A stretch of DNA of 64,000 nucleotides from Alphaproteobacteria bacterium (GTDB lineage: Bacteria > Pseudomonadota > Alphaproteobacteria > SHVR01), in NCBI GenBank assembly GCA_009694185.1, contig SHVR01000004.1, positions 1,933 through 65,932 on the forward strand. Reading direction: 5' to 3'. The notes under the pieces are model-generated. The model saw only the letters and a list, made by a program, of their open reading frames with translations. It was not told the DNA's origin and did no database searches. The translations under genes and the position numbers were made by a program. Below, in pieces: positions 1-10,498 of this stretch; position 1 is the stretch's first letter; every line of letters starts with the position of its first letter.

Positions 1-783
1 GCGGCGCCCAACCTCCGCTACCGCCTCGACCGGCCGCTCACCAAACCGGATGTCGCCACCAGCTACAATAATTTCTACGAGTTCGGCTCCCACAAAAGCA
101 TCGTCAAGGCGGCCCAGGCGCTGCCGATCCGGCCCTGGACCGTCACCATCGACGGCATGGTCGAGAAGCCCCAGACGCTCGATTTCGACGCGCTCATCCG
201 CCAGGTCAAGCTGGAGGAGCGCACATATCGGCTGCGCTGTGTCGAGGCCTGGGCCATGGCGGTGCCGTGGACCGGGTTCCCCATGGCCGAACTGGTCAAG
301 CTGGCGGAGCCCCAGGTGGGCGCCAAATTTGTCCGCTTCGAGACCTTCAAGAAGCCCGAGGTCGCTTCGGGCCAGAAACAATTCTGGTATCCCTGGCCCT
401 ATGTGGAGGGCGTGACACTCGCGGAGGCCAGTAACGAACTCGCCTTCATCGCGACGGGCCTTTATGGCAAGCCGATGCCGAAGCAGAACGGCGCACCCTT
501 GCGCGTCGTGCTGCCCTGGAAATATGGCTTCAAGTCGATCAAGTCCATCGTCCGCGCGACCTTCACCGACGAGAAGCCGAAGACCTTCTGGGAAACGGTG
601 CAAGGTTCGGAATACGGCTTCTTCGCCAACGTCAACCCGGCCGTGCCCCATACCCGCTGGAGCCAGGCGGAAGAGCGCATCATCGGCACCGAAGATAAGC
701 GGCCGACCCAGATCTACAATGGCTATGGCGAATTCGTCGCCGGCCTCTATGACGGCATGGATGCCAAGATCCTATTCCGCTGA
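1..783 (+). CDS. msrP: Protein-methionine-sulfoxide reductase catalytic subunit MsrP (YedY), 5'-truncated by window edge
   Basis: Frame 1 is open from nt 1 (..SYNNFYEFGSHK..) and continues into the ORF 157..783 (RLRCVEAWAM, PLRVVLPWKYGFKSIK). These are typical of molybdopterin oxidoreductase YedY/MsrP. Confidence 0.9.
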   Translation, partial: AAPNLRYRLDRPLTKPDVATSYNNFYEFGSHKSIVKAAQALPIRPWTVTIDGMVEKPQTLDFDALIRQVKLEERTYRLRCVEAWAMAVPWTGFPMAELVKLAEPQVGAKFVRFETFKKPEVASGQKQFWYPWPYVEGVTLAEASNELAFIATGLYGKPMPKQNGAPLRVVLPWKYGFKSIKSIVRATFTDEKPKTFWETVQGSEYGFFANVNPAVPHTRWSQAEERIIGTEDKRPTQIYNGYGEFVAGLYDGMDAKILFR

Positions 784-842
784 CTCGCGGGGCGCCCATC
801 GCTTCGCTATAGTCGCGGCCAATCGACCGCGGAGCGAGACCG

Positions 843-1979
843 ATGAAAATGAAAGCCGCCGTGCTGACCGTTTGCGGCGCACCCCAACCCTGGGCGCTGA
901 GCCAGCCGATCAAGATACAAGAGGTCGACCTCGACCCGCCCGGCGAAGGCGAAGTGTTGGTCAAGGTGGGGGGCGCCGGCCTCTGTCATTCCGATCTCTC
1001 GCTGGTCAATGGCGACCGGCCGCGCCCGGTGCCCCTGGTGCTCGGCCATGAAGGGGCCGGCGAGATCGTCGAAGTCGGCCGGGCCGTGCATGACGTGAAG
1101 GTGGGCGACCACATTTGCTTCACCTTCAATGTGAGCTGCGGGCGGTGCCGGCGCTGTCTCGAGGGCAAGCCCTATATCTGCGAACGCTCGGTCGTGCCAC
1201 GCGCCGCCGGGGAATTGCTCGCGGGCGGCAAGCGCTTGAGCAAGGATGGCCAGCCCATCGGCCACCAGTCGGGTGTCTCCTGCTACGCCGAATATGCGGT
1301 CGTCGACCGGGGTTCGGTCGTCGTCATCGACCGGAGCCTGCCGCTCGATATAGCGGCCCTCTTCGGCTGCGCGGTGGTGACGGGCGTGGGTGCGGTGGTC
1401 AACACCGGCCAGATCCGGCCGGGCAGCACCGTCGCGATCGTGGGCCTCGGCGGTGTCGGCCTCTCGGGCCTCCTGGGCGCCAAGCTCGGTGGCGCCGGGC
1501 GCATCATCGCCATCGATCTTTCGGACGAGAAGCTTGGCCTCGCCCGCCAGTTGGGCGCCACCGACACGGTCAATGCCCGCGAGGCCAACCATGTGGCCGA
1601 AGTGCGCGACATGACCGATGGCGGCGTCGATTATTCCTTCGACCTGGCGGGAACCATCAAGTCCATGGAAACGGCCTATGCGGTGATCCGCGCCGGCGGC
1701 ACGGTGGTCACGGCCGGCCTCTCGCCCACCGGCGCCAAGTTCGCCTTCCCCCAGGCCGAACTGGTCTCGGAGGAAAAGACCATCAAGGGAAGTTACATGG
1801 GTAGTTGCGTGCCGGTGCGCGACATCCCGCGCTATATCGGCCTCTACCAGCAAGGCCGGTTGCCGGTCGACCGCATGGTCAGCCAGCGCATCGGCCTTAA
1901 CGAGGTCAACGAAGGCTTCGACCGCCTGCAATCAGTCTCCACCGTCCGCCAGCTCCTGGTGCCGCACGGGGTGCGTTGA
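843..1979 (+). CDS. Zn-dependent alcohol dehydrogenase family oxidoreductase
   Basis: GLCHSDLS and GHEGAGEIVEVG zinc-ligand motifs, and a Rossmann GLGGVG motif. 378 aa, high GC3. Confidence 0.85.
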   Translation: MKMKAAVLTVCGAPQPWALSQPIKIQEVDLDPPGEGEVLVKVGGAGLCHSDLSLVNGDRPRPVPLVLGHEGAGEIVEVGRAVHDVKVGDHICFTFNVSCGRCRRCLEGKPYICERSVVPRAAGELLAGGKRLSKDGQPIGHQSGVSCYAEYAVVDRGSVVVIDRSLPLDIAALFGCAVVTGVGAVVNTGQIRPGSTVAIVGLGGVGLSGLLGAKLGGAGRIIAIDLSDEKLGLARQLGATDTVNAREANHVAEVRDMTDGGVDYSFDLAGTIKSMETAYAVIRAGGTVVTAGLSPTGAKFAFPQAELVSEEKTIKGSYMGSCVPVRDIPRYIGLYQQGRLPVDRMVSQRIGLNEVNEGFDRLQSVSTVRQLLVPHGVR

Positions 1980-1992
1980 GGCAGGGCGGCCC

Positions 1993-2490
1993 TCAGGACT
2001 TGTCGCGGATCGCGGCCTCGAATAGATCGAGAGCGGCGAGCGCGAAGGCCCACATATTGGCGTCGCGATCGGCGCTCGCGGTTTCTAGCGTGATCACCCG
2101 TTCGGCGACGCCGGCCACCGCCATGCAGCTATGGCCGGCGGCATCGCCATAGCGATTACCGGTCGGACCCGCCGCACCCGTTTCGCTCAAGCCCCAGCTC
2201 GTGGCGAGGCGCCCGCGTACGGTACGGGCGAGGAGTTGGGCATAGGGCTCGGAGCTGGAGCGGATGCCGGTCATCTGGTCGAGGGAAATTCCGACCAGTC
2301 CCTGGCGCGCGGCGGCGGTGTAGACGACGCCACCGCCCATGAAATAGACCGAGGCGCCGGGAACGGCCAAGAGCGCCGCCGAAATGAGGCCGCCGGCCGA
2401 GCTTTCGGCGACGGCCACGGTCTCGCGGCGGTCCTTCAGGCGTCCGCCGATACGCGTGGCGGATGCGACAAGATCGGTCCAACCCGGCAT
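1993..2490 (-). CDS. CinA-family (PncC-like nicotinamide-nucleotide amidohydrolase domain) protein
   Basis: VAESSAGGL...Y.A motif typical of the CinA C-terminal domain. I chose the ATG at 2490 because a GGGGAGG Shine-Dalgarno lies 5 nt upstream. The track ORF begins at a TTG at 2505. Confidence 0.8.
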   Translation of the reverse strand: MPGWTDLVASATRIGGRLKDRRETVAVAESSAGGLISAALLAVPGASVYFMGGGVVYTAAARQGLVGISLDQMTGIRSSSEPYAQLLARTVRGRLATSWGLSETGAAGPTGNRYGDAAGHSCMAVAGVAERVITLETASADRDANMWAFALAALDLFEAAIRDKS

Positions 2491-2512
2491 GACAACCTCC
2501 CCCAATCCCGTA

Positions 2513-3559
2513 TCAATGGCGACCGGCGACGACGTCGCGCATGGCCCGGACGACCCGTTCGATATCGGCGCGGCTCACATCCAGGTGCGTGACGGCGCGC
2601 ATGCGATGGCCGTCGCCCGAACCGACGCGAATACCCTTGGCGAGCAGACGTTCGTAAACTTGCTCGGAGGTGAGGCCCGTGCCCGTCACATCGAAGAACA
2701 CCAGATTGGTCGCGATCTCGGCCGGGTCCAGTACGATGCCCGGAATCTGCGCCAAGCCCTGGGCGAGGAGGCGGGCATTGGCGTGGTCCTCGGCCAGACG
2801 CTCGATATTGTGGTCGAGGGCGTAGACCCCGGCGGCCGCGATGATGCCGGCCTGGCGCATGGCGCCGCCGAACTGGTGCTTCCAGCGCCAGGCGTCCTCG
2901 ATGAAGTCGGCCGAGCCGCAGAGCACGGCACCCACCGGGCAGCCAAGCCCCTTGCTGAGGTCAAGCCAGGCGGAATCGCAGGGGCTCGCATAATCCTTGG
3001 CCGAGACGCCGGTCGCGATCACCGCGTTCATCAGGCGCGCGCCATCCATATGCACCTTGAGTTCGTTTTTGTGAGCGGTGTCGCAAACCTCGCGCAGCGT
3101 CTCCAGGGGCCAGATCGTGCCGCCGCCGAAATTCGAGGTCTGCTCGAGCGACACCAGGCGCGCCCTGGGCCGGTTGCGCCGATAGGGCCGAATCGACGCC
3201 TGCAATTGCTCGGCGGTGAAGATGCCGCTCTTGCCGTCGACCGGGCAGAGCATGACGCCCGACAGCGCCGCCGGACCGCCGGCCTCGGCATGGATGGGGT
3301 GGGCCGTCTTGTCGAGGATCACCTCGTCGCCCTGGCGGCAATAGACCCGGTAGGAGATGGCGTTGCACATGGTGCCGGACGGCACGAAGACGCCCGCCTC
3401 GTGACCCAGCAATTCCGCCACCCGCTCGCAGAGCTTGTTGACGGTCGGGTCTTCATTCGCCTGCTCGTTACCAACTTCCGCTTCAGCCATGGCCTTACGC
3501 ATGGCGGGCGAGGGACGGGTCAAGGTATCGCTGTAGAGGTCGACCTGAATGGCGGCCAT
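2513..3559 (-). CDS. ltaE: Low-specificity L-threonine aldolase (beta-eliminating lyase family)
   Basis: N-terminus VDLYSDTLTRPSPAMRKAMAEAEVGNEQ, plus GTMCN and a PLP-fold pattern. Start taken at ATG 3559 (MAAIQVDLYSDT). Confidence 0.8.
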   Translation of the reverse strand: MAAIQVDLYSDTLTRPSPAMRKAMAEAEVGNEQANEDPTVNKLCERVAELLGHEAGVFVPSGTMCNAISYRVYCRQGDEVILDKTAHPIHAEAGGPAALSGVMLCPVDGKSGIFTAEQLQASIRPYRRNRPRARLVSLEQTSNFGGGTIWPLETLREVCDTAHKNELKVHMDGARLMNAVIATGVSAKDYASPCDSAWLDLSKGLGCPVGAVLCGSADFIEDAWRWKHQFGGAMRQAGIIAAAGVYALDHNIERLAEDHANARLLAQGLAQIPGIVLDPAEIATNLVFFDVTGTGLTSEQVYERLLAKGIRVGSGDGHRMRAVTHLDVSRADIERVVRAMRDVVAGRH

Positions 3560-3646
3560 GGCATTGCTCCGGGGTGTCGGGGGTCGGGTATCAGGATAGA
3601 ACAAAATGCGGACGAGGTTGACTTGAATCATCACTCCTGACGTCGG

Positions 3647-5200
3647 TTACTCCGCCGCCTGGGGTGGAGCGGTTGGCCGCCAGCGCAGCACCGGCTGTCG
3701 AGCGGCACGCGTCTCGTCGAGGCGGCGGCGGGGAGCGAGGCGCGGCGCCTCGTGAAAGAACGCGGCATCGCCCGCCTTGGCGCGGCTGGCCAGCGCCCGC
3801 ATCGTTTCGACGAACCGGTCAAGCGAGTCCTTGCTCTCGCTCTCGGTCGGCTCAATCAGCATGGCGCCGTGTACGACCAGCGGGAAATACACCGTCATCG
3901 GATGATAGCCCTCGTCGATCATCGCCTTGGCAAAATCGAGAGTGGTGACACCTGTGTCCTTGAGGAAGCGGTCGTCGAACAAGCACTCATGCATGCAGGG
4001 GCCGGGATAGGGCGCGCTCATCACGTCCGACAGCCGCGCCAGCACATAATTGGCGGCCAGCACCGCGTCGCTCGATGCCTGCAACAGCCCGTCGCCGCCA
4101 TGGCTCAGCATATAGGCGAGTGCCCGCACGAACATGCCCATCTGGCCATGGAATCCCTTGAGGCGCCCGAACGGCTTGGCATCGCCTTCGCCCGTTTCCA
4201 CCAGTCGGAAGCCCTTGTCCCCGTGCACCACCCAGGGCACCGGCGCGAAGGGTGCCAAGGCCGCCGAGAGTACCACCGGGCCGCTGCCCGGCCCACCGCC
4301 GCCGTGCGGCGTCGAGAAGGTCTTGTGCAGATTGATGTGCATGGCGTCGATGCCGAGATCGCCGGGCCGCACCCGGCCGACGATGGCGTTGAAATTGGCG
4401 CCGTCGCAATAGAAGAAGGCGCCCGCCGCATGGACGCGCCGCGCGATCTCGACGATGTCGTTCTCGAACACGCCACAGGTGTTGGGATTGGTCAGCATGA
4501 TCGCCGCGACATCGGGACCGAGCTTGGCCGTCAGTGCCGCGAGGTCGACCCGGCCGCGCGCGTCCGCCGGCAACTCGTCCACCGTATAGCCGATGGCGGC
4601 GGCGGTCGCCGGATTGGTGCCGTGGGCCGACGCCGGAACAAGAACGCGCCGGCGCGCGTCGCCCCGGTCCTCAAGCGCCGCCCGGATCGCCACCATGCCG
4701 CACAGCTCGCCATGGGCGCCAGCGCCAGGCGAGAGCGCCACCGCCGGCATGCCGGTCAGGACCTTGAGCCAGTGGGCCACCATGTCGATCAGCTCCAGCG
4801 CGCCCTGAGTGGTGCCGGTCGGCTGCATCGGGTGCAAATCGGCGAAACCGGGCAAGCGCGCCAGGCGCTCATTGAGGCGGGGATTATGCTTCATGGTGCA
4901 GGAGCCGAGCGGATAGAGCCCGGCGTCGATGGCGTAGTTCTTCTGCGAGAGGCGGGTGTAGTGGCGCACCACCTGGGGCTCGGCGAGGCCCGGCAGGCCG
5001 ATCGGCCCCTGGCGGGCGAGTGCCCCCAGGCGCGAAGCCACGGGGGGCGGTGCTGGCAGGTCCACGCCCGTTCGCCCGGGCGCGTCGAGCTCGAAGATAA
5101 GCGGCTGTTCCATCGCCAAGCCGCGATGGCCGCTGACCGTGGCCGTGGCCGACGCGCTCGGCGTCGCGGGCCGCGTCGGGCGGCCTTCCATGCCGGTCAT
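3647..5200 (-). CDS. gcvPB: Glycine dehydrogenase (aminomethyl-transferring) subunit 2
   Basis: Conserved GcvPB sequence ([26 protein letters not shown]). The ATG at 5200 overlaps the gcvPA stop (ATGA). Confidence 0.9.
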   Translation of the reverse strand: MTGMEGRPTRPATPSASATATVSGHRGLAMEQPLIFELDAPGRTGVDLPAPPPVASRLGALARQGPIGLPGLAEPQVVRHYTRLSQKNYAIDAGLYPLGSCTMKHNPRLNERLARLPGFADLHPMQPTGTTQGALELIDMVAHWLKVLTGMPAVALSPGAGAHGELCGMVAIRAALEDRGDARRRVLVPASAHGTNPATAAAIGYTVDELPADARGRVDLAALTAKLGPDVAAIMLTNPNTCGVFENDIVEIARRVHAAGAFFYCDGANFNAIVGRVRPGDLGIDAMHINLHKTFSTPHGGGGPGSGPVVLSAALAPFAPVPWVVHGDKGFRLVETGEGDAKPFGRLKGFHGQMGMFVRALAYMLSHGGDGLLQASSDAVLAANYVLARLSDVMSAPYPGPCMHECLFDDRFLKDTGVTTLDFAKAMIDEGYHPMTVYFPLVVHGAMLIEPTESESKDSLDRFVETMRALASRAKAGDAAFFHEAPRLAPRRRLDETRAARQPVLRWRPTAPPQAAE

Positions 5201-6543
5201 CGCAGCACCTCCTCGAGGGCGGTGGCGAAGGCCGCCATCTCCGTCGGCGTGTTGACTTCGGTCGCTGCCACCAGCAGCAGATGGCCAAGCTCCGGCCGCT
5301 CGGGCCAAAGGCGCCTGGCCGGCACACCACCCAGGATGCGCCGCTCGGCCAGCGCGTCGACGACGGCCGCCGCGGGTTTCGGAAGACGCAGGGTAAATTC
5401 ATTGAAGAATTGATCGCTGACCAAGCTGACGCCGGGCACGCGCGCCAGCCTTTCGGCAAGCGTGACGGCGGCCGCGTGGTTCAGCGCCGCCAATTGCCGG
5501 AGGCCCGCCTCGCCCAGCAAGCTCAGATGGATCGTGAAAGCCAGCGCGCAGAGCCCCGAATTCGTGCAGATGTTGCTGGTCGCCTTCTCGCGCCGGATAT
5601 GTTGCTCGCGGGTCGAGAGGGTGAGCACGAAGCCGCGCCGGCCTTCGGCATCGACCGTCTGGCCGCAGAGGCGCCCCGGCATTTGGCGCACGAACTTCTC
5701 GCGCGTGGCAAAGAGGCCGAGATAGGGGCCGCCGAAATTGAGGCCGTTGCCGAGCGCCTGGCCCTCGGCCGCCACGATGTCGGCGCCCATGTCGCCCGGC
5801 GCCCGGATGGCGCCGAGGCTTACGATCTCGGTCACGGCCACGATCAGGAGCGCGCCTTTGGCATGACAAGCCTGGGCGAGACCGGTGAGATCGCGAATAT
5901 GGCCGAAGACCGCCGGATATTGCACCACGACGCAGGCGGTCTCGCCGTCGATGCGGGTCGCGAGATCCTCGGCTCCGGTCGGATCGGGTGCCGCCATATC
6001 GAGCTCGAAGCCCGTATAGCGGGCAAGCGTCGCCGCCACATCTCGGTAATGCGGGTGCAAGCCGCCCGACAGCACGGCCTTCTTTCGCTTGGTCAAGCGG
6101 ATCGCCATCATCACCGCTTCGACACAAGCGGTGGCGCCGTCATACATCGAGGCGTTTGCCACCTCCATGCCGGTCAAGAGCGCCACCTGGGTCTGGAACT
6201 CGAAGAGATATTGCAGCGTTCCCTGGCTGATCTCCGGCTGATAGGGCGTGTAGGACGTGAGAAACTCGCCGCGCTGTATGAGATGGTCGACGGCGGCCGG
6301 CACATGATGACGATAGGCGCCGGCGCCAAGGAAACTCGGCACCGCGCTCGCCGGCAGATTGCGGGCCGCGAGTTCGCTAAGCGCCCGCTCCACGGCGAGC
6401 TCGCCCTGATGGTCCGGGAGAGCGAGGGGCCGCTTGAGGCGCGCCGATTCCGGCACATCCTGATAGAGGTTATCCATCGACGGCACGCCGATCGCCGCCA
6501 GCATGCCTCGCCGGTCCACCTCGGTCAGCGGCAGATAGCGCAT
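5197..6543 (-). CDS. gcvPA: Glycine dehydrogenase subunit 1
   Basis: MRYLPLTE.. N-terminus and [15 protein letters not shown] motif. Confidence 0.92.
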   Translation of the reverse strand: MRYLPLTEVDRRGMLAAIGVPSMDNLYQDVPESARLKRPLALPDHQGELAVERALSELAARNLPASAVPSFLGAGAYRHHVPAAVDHLIQRGEFLTSYTPYQPEISQGTLQYLFEFQTQVALLTGMEVANASMYDGATACVEAVMMAIRLTKRKKAVLSGGLHPHYRDVAATLARYTGFELDMAAPDPTGAEDLATRIDGETACVVVQYPAVFGHIRDLTGLAQACHAKGALLIVAVTEIVSLGAIRAPGDMGADIVAAEGQALGNGLNFGGPYLGLFATREKFVRQMPGRLCGQTVDAEGRRGFVLTLSTREQHIRREKATSNICTNSGLCALAFTIHLSLLGEAGLRQLAALNHAAAVTLAERLARVPGVSLVSDQFFNEFTLRLPKPAAAVVDALAERRILGGVPARRLWPERPELGHLLLVAATEVNTPTEMAAFATALEEVLR

Positions 6544-6920
6544 CAGGACAGCTCCTCGACATAGGTTCGATAGGCGTCCTCATCCATGAGGTCGTCGAGT
6601 TCCGCCGGATCGGACAACTGGATCTGGAAGAACCAGCCCTCGCCGGTCGGGTCGGCGTTCACCACATTGGGCTGCTCGGTCAGAGTCTCGTTGACCGCGA
6701 TCACCTCGCCGCTCACCGGCGCATAGATGTCGCTCGCGGCCTTGACCGATTCGACGACGGCAATTTCCGTCAGCTTGACGACCTTGCTGCCGACCGCCGG
6801 CAGTTCCACATAGACCACGTCGCCCAGTTGGTCCTGTGCATAGTCGCTGATGCCGCAAACGGCGACGTCGCCCTCGACGCGGACCCATTCATGTTCTTCG
6901 GTGAATTTGAGGTCGCTCAT
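6543..6920 (-). CDS. gcvH: Glycine cleavage system H protein
   Basis: [13 protein letters not shown] and the lipoyl-lysine context [12 protein letters not shown] 6920 is preceded by GGAGG. Confidence 0.92.
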   Translation of the reverse strand: MSDLKFTEEHEWVRVEGDVAVCGISDYAQDQLGDVVYVELPAVGSKVVKLTEIAVVESVKAASDIYAPVSGEVIAVNETLTEQPNVVNADPTGEGWFFQIQLSDPAELDDLMDEDAYRTYVEELS

Positions 6921-6955
6921 TGTCCCCTCCTTGCCCGATTTGCCGCCGGCCCCGC

Positions 6956-8068
6956 TCACGTCGCCCGGTAGTAACGCGTCGCCACGAAGGGCAGCGCCAC
7001 CACAACCCCCGGGCGCGGCGTGCCACGCACGGCAAGCCGAACCGGCGTGCCCACCTTCGCTTGGTCCGCCGCCACATAGCCCATGGCCACGGGCCCACCG
7101 ACCGTCGGGCCGAAGCCGCCGCTGGTGATGGTGCCGATCGCGACCCCGGCACTGTCCAGGATCGCCGTGCCCTCGCGGGTAACGACCCGCCCCTCCGGCC
7201 GGATGCCCACGCGCCGGCGCGCCGGCCCGTTAGCAAGCTGCTCAAGAATGACGGCGGCGCCGGGAAAGCCACCCGCCACCCGGCGGCGTTTGGCGATGGT
7301 CCAAGCGAGGCCCGCTTCGATGGGCGACGTGGTCCGATCGATGTCATGGCCGTAGAGGCAGAGCCCGGCTTCAAGCCGGAGCGAATCGCGGGCACCGAGG
7401 CCCGCCGGCTTCACGCCGGGTTCGCTCAGGAGCCGGCGGGCGAGGCGCTCCGCTTGGTCGCCCGCGAGCGATATTTCGAAGCCATCCTCGCCCGTATAGC
7501 CGGAGCGGCTGACGAAGCAGGGAATGCCGGCCACATCCATTGCCGCCGCGGCGAGGAAGGCGAGCGCGCCCGAGCCCGGCGCCAGTCGCCGGAGTACGCC
7601 GGCCGCCGCCGGTCCCTGGAGCGCCAGCAGGGCGCGCTCGGGCAAGAGCGTCACGCCGGCCCGACCCGCGAGACCGCTCTGCATATGGCGAAAGTCGTCA
7701 ACCTTGCACCCGGCGTTGACGACCACGAAGAACTCCGCCTCGCCGAGACGCGTGATCATCAGATCATCCAGAATGCCGCCGGAAGCATCGGTGAAGAGGC
7801 TGTAGCGCATGCGGCCGGCGGCAAGACCCTGAATGTCGCCCGGCACCAGCGTTTCCAGGGCGACCGCGTCGCCGGCCACGCGGATTTGTCCCATATGGGA
7901 TACGTCGAACAGCGACGCGGATGTCCGCGTGTGGCTGTGTTCGTCGATGATGCCCGAATATTGCACCGGCATGTCGTAGCCCGCGAACGGCACCATCTTG
8001 CCGCCGAGCTCGAGGTGCAGCGCGTATAGCGGTGTTCGCTGACTGGGCGTATACGGACTCTCTGGCAT
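6956..8068 (-). CDS. gcvT: Glycine cleavage system aminomethyltransferase T
   Basis: TPLY..H...[13 protein letters not shown] and DVSHMG motifs. GGAGG Shine-Dalgarno upstream. Confidence 0.92.
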   Translation of the reverse strand: MPESPYTPSQRTPLYALHLELGGKMVPFAGYDMPVQYSGIIDEHSHTRTSASLFDVSHMGQIRVAGDAVALETLVPGDIQGLAAGRMRYSLFTDASGGILDDLMITRLGEAEFFVVVNAGCKVDDFRHMQSGLAGRAGVTLLPERALLALQGPAAAGVLRRLAPGSGALAFLAAAAMDVAGIPCFVSRSGYTGEDGFEISLAGDQAERLARRLLSEPGVKPAGLGARDSLRLEAGLCLYGHDIDRTTSPIEAGLAWTIAKRRRVAGGFPGAAVILEQLANGPARRRVGIRPEGRVVTREGTAILDSAGVAIGTITSGGFGPTVGGPVAMGYVAADQAKVGTPVRLAVRGTPRPGVVVALPFVATRYYRAT

Positions 8069-8116
8069 CGGTCCTCCATCGAACAGAGCCCGAACCCCGC
8101 TTGGCCAGCGGCATCC

Positions 8117-8330
8117 GGTCGAGCCCCCTCTGTCCTGGGACCTGAAAGATTCGCCGCCGGAACCAGAAAACCGGTCGGCTTACATCTTCGGTGAGGCGGG
8201 CCGCTCGCGCGAACCACGCCTACTTTCCAGAGTTGCCTTCCCCTACGGTCCTTTTGCCTGAGAGTTTCCGGGGCTCGTTGCTCCTTCGGCGCCGGGCGCG
8301 CGGCTGATCGCGACCAGTCTCTCCCGCAGG
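8117..8330 (-). promoter_or_regulatory. Tandem glycine riboswitch (two aptamers) in the gcvT leader
   Basis: The minus strand reads CGGGAGAGAC...CGCCGAAGGAGCAA...CUCAGGCAAAAGGAC, then CUCUGGAAAG...CACCGAAG...UUCAGGU..AGGACAG. This matches the conserved cores of aptamers 1 and 2. It lies directly upstream of gcvT. Confidence 0.85.
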
Positions 8331-8393
8331 GATCAGTGGCGGAGGCCGCTGCCTGCGGCCCATCCACTCACGCTAGCCGGTCGCGGTGGAATG

Positions 8394-8921
8394 TCAACGG
8401 CCGATCAAGCGGCGGTTATAGGCGAGCTCATCGGCGCTGAGCTGGAAGCCGACCAGGATCTGATAGCCGCCGAGATTACCATCGGGGATGATCGGGATGG
8501 TCTGGCGCAGCTCGTCGGCAAACTGGACGGCGGGCTGGCCTGCCTCGAAGGGGAGGTTGAGGGAAAACTCCTGCTTGGCGGCGACGGCACCGGCGGCGTC
8601 GACGATGGCAACGAAATATTGCACGGCCGCCCGGCTGTTGCGGAGCGCCGGTCCGGCGCTGGCGAGGAACCGCACCGTCGTGTCGCCCGTGACCTGCGCG
8701 CGCCGGTAGCTGCACGTGCCGGTCGCCTCCAGGATCTCCACCTCGAACAGGATGTCGGTCAAGTCGCGGCCGGGACCGGTGAATTTGACGACGCGGTTGG
8801 CGCTACCGATCACACCCGTCCTGGGGCAATCGCGGCCGGGCTCCTTGCGATCCATGAGACCGCAACCGGCAAGCAGCAACGCGCTCGCCGCAACGGCTGT
8901 GGCGCGCGCCCTCCGCCCCAT
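8394..8921 (-). CDS. Hypothetical lipoprotein
   Basis: Signal peptide with the lipobox LLAGC. High GC3. Sits 10 nt downstream of the CDGSH gene. Confidence 0.7.
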   Translation of the reverse strand: MGRRARATAVAASALLLAGCGLMDRKEPGRDCPRTGVIGSANRVVKFTGPGRDLTDILFEVEILEATGTCSYRRAQVTGDTTVRFLASAGPALRNSRAAVQYFVAIVDAAGAVAAKQEFSLNLPFEAGQPAVQFADELRQTIPIIPDGNLGGYQILVGFQLSADELAYNRRLIGR

Positions 8922-8930
8922 GGCGGCGGA

Positions 8931-9170
8931 TCAGAGCGCGTTGTGGGTGCCGTCGCAGAACGGCTTCTTGGCGGACTGCTTGCAACCGCAGAAGAACAGC
9001 TTCTTCGCTTCATTCGCCTCGAACGCCATGGGCGTCATACCCGTGTCCTTGTGCGAGCCGTCGCAGAAGGGTTGCTTCTGGCTGCGCCCGCAGGCGCACC
9101 AAAAATATTTCCGCCCCGTCACGACCTCGATCGCATAGGGCGCTTTTTGCGCGACAATCGGCTCGGCCAT
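8931..9170 (-). CDS. CDGSH-type iron-sulfur domain protein (two CDGSH-like motifs)
   Basis: CACGRS..PFCDGSH and CGCKQS..PFCDGTH motifs. Start at ATG 9170 (MAEPIV). Confidence 0.85.
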   Translation of the reverse strand: MAEPIVAQKAPYAIEVVTGRKYFWCACGRSQKQPFCDGSHKDTGMTPMAFEANEAKKLFFCGCKQSAKKPFCDGTHNAL

Positions 9171-9318
9171 CTGCCCCTTCCCTCTCAACTGGACCTGTAC
9201 TATTTGTAACGCCGTCCACCCGGACTTGCCGGCGCGGGCTGGCCCGGGCGCCGACGCACTCTAGTTGAACCGCCCTCGGGCGCACAAGCGCCGACTCGCG
9301 ACAGGCACAGGTAAGACC

Positions 9319-9460
9319 ATGGCTCGACGATCGCTGTTTATCTACCTGGCCGGACCGCGCCGGTCTTCGGCCGGCGTAGATCGCGCCATCCGGATCGTGG
9401 CAAAGGCGATCGAACGCCATGGCGCCCAGCGACGGGTCGATGCGGAGCACCGCCCGAGCG
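9319..9460 (+). pseudogene. ispH: Relic of the ispH (lytB) N-terminus
   Basis: Translation MARRSLFIYLAGPRRSSAGVDRAIRIVAKAIERHGA resembles the IspH N-terminus (..LANPRGFCAGVDRAI.IVE.AL...GAP). The Fe-S ligand Cys is lost. Only about 215 nt remain before thrB, so about 85 percent of the gene is missing. Confidence 0.5.
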
Positions 9461-9532
9461 TCGCAGCGACGCCAGCGCCCGCCAGGGCGCAACCCATGGG
9501 GCCGGGTCGACTTAGCCGGAATATGCTCTAAG

Positions 9533-10498
9533 GTGGCGGTCTACACGGAAGTCACCGACGACGAGGTGAGCGCCTTCGCCAACCTCTACGACATCGGCGG
9601 CGTGATGTCGTTCAAGGGCATCGCCGAAGGCGTCGAGAACTCCAACTACCTGCTGCAGACGACGACAGCGGTTTACATCCTCACCCTCTACGAGAAACGG
9701 GTGGCGCCGGCCGACCTGCCGTTCTTCCTCGGCCTGATGGAGCATCTGGCGGCCAAGGGCGTGCCATGCCCCACCCCCATCCAGGCGCTCGACGGCAAGA
9801 CGCTGCACGAGCTATCCGGCCGGCCGGCGGCGCTCATCTCGTTCCTCCCCGGCCTCTCGGTGAAGCGCAGTCAGCCGCACCATGCAGCCGGCGTGGGCGA
9901 GGCGCTGGCGCGCCTGCACATGGCGGGCGGCGATTTCGCCATGGTTCGGGCGAACAATTTGTCTGTCGCGGGCTGGCGCGGTTTGGCCGGGGCGACCGCT
10001 ACCCGCGCCGACGAGGTGCGACCCGGCCTCGCCGGCGAGATCGCGGCCGAGATCGCCGAAATCGCCGCCCACTGGCCGACCGCCCTGCCGCAAGGTGTTA
10101 TCCATGCCGATCTTTTTCCCGACAATGTGTTCTTCATCGGCGAGCGGCTCTCCGGTCTCATCGACTTCTATTTCGCATGCAACGACCTGTTCGCCTACGA
10201 CATCGCCATCTGCCTGAACGCCTGGTGCTTCGAGCGCGACAACAGCTTCAACGCGACCAAGGCACGCCAGTTGCTGTCGAGCTACCAGCGCGTCCGGCGG
10301 CTGGAGCCGGACGAGCTTGAAGCATTGCCGTTACTGGCCCGCGGCAGCGCGCTCCGCTTTCTCCTCACGCGGCTTTATGACTGGTTCAATCAACCGGCGG
10401 GCGCGCTCGTGACGCCCAAGGACCCCATCGAGTATCTAAACAAGCTCCGCTTTCACCGCACGGTCCGGAGTCCCGCCGCCTATGGGCTCGCCGGGTGA
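9533..10498 (+). CDS. thrB: Homoserine kinase (APH-fold type, ThrB2)
   Basis: [27 protein letters not shown] and [11 protein letters not shown] motifs. GTG start at 9533 chosen, so the start is uncertain. Confidence 0.85.
   Translation: MAVYTEVTDDEVSAFANLYDIGGVMSFKGIAEGVENSNYLLQTTTAVYILTLYEKRVAPADLPFFLGLMEHLAAKGVPCPTPIQALDGKTLHELSGRPAALISFLPGLSVKRSQPHHAAGVGEALARLHMAGGDFAMVRANNLSVAGWRGLAGATATRADEVRPGLAGEIAAEIAEIAAHWPTALPQGVIHADLFPDNVFFIGERLSGLIDFYFACNDLFAYDIAICLNAWCFERDNSFNATKARQLLSSYQRVRRLEPDELEALPLLARGSALRFLLTRLYDWFNQPAGALVTPKDPIEYLNKLRFHRTVRSPAAYGLAG

Noticed and set aside
807-1931. 374-aa minus-strand ORF
   Set aside because: It is antisense to the alcohol dehydrogenase gene and has a low-complexity composition.
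3752-6564. Long plus-strand ORFs (3752..5413, 5281..6564) opposite gcvPB/gcvPA
   Set aside because: Shadow ORFs antisense to highly conserved glycine cleavage genes.
9265-9531. 88-aa ORF as a functional gene
   Set aside because: Only its first 40 or so codons resemble a real protein (the IspH N-terminus). The rest is R/A/P-rich. I reinterpret it as a gene relic.
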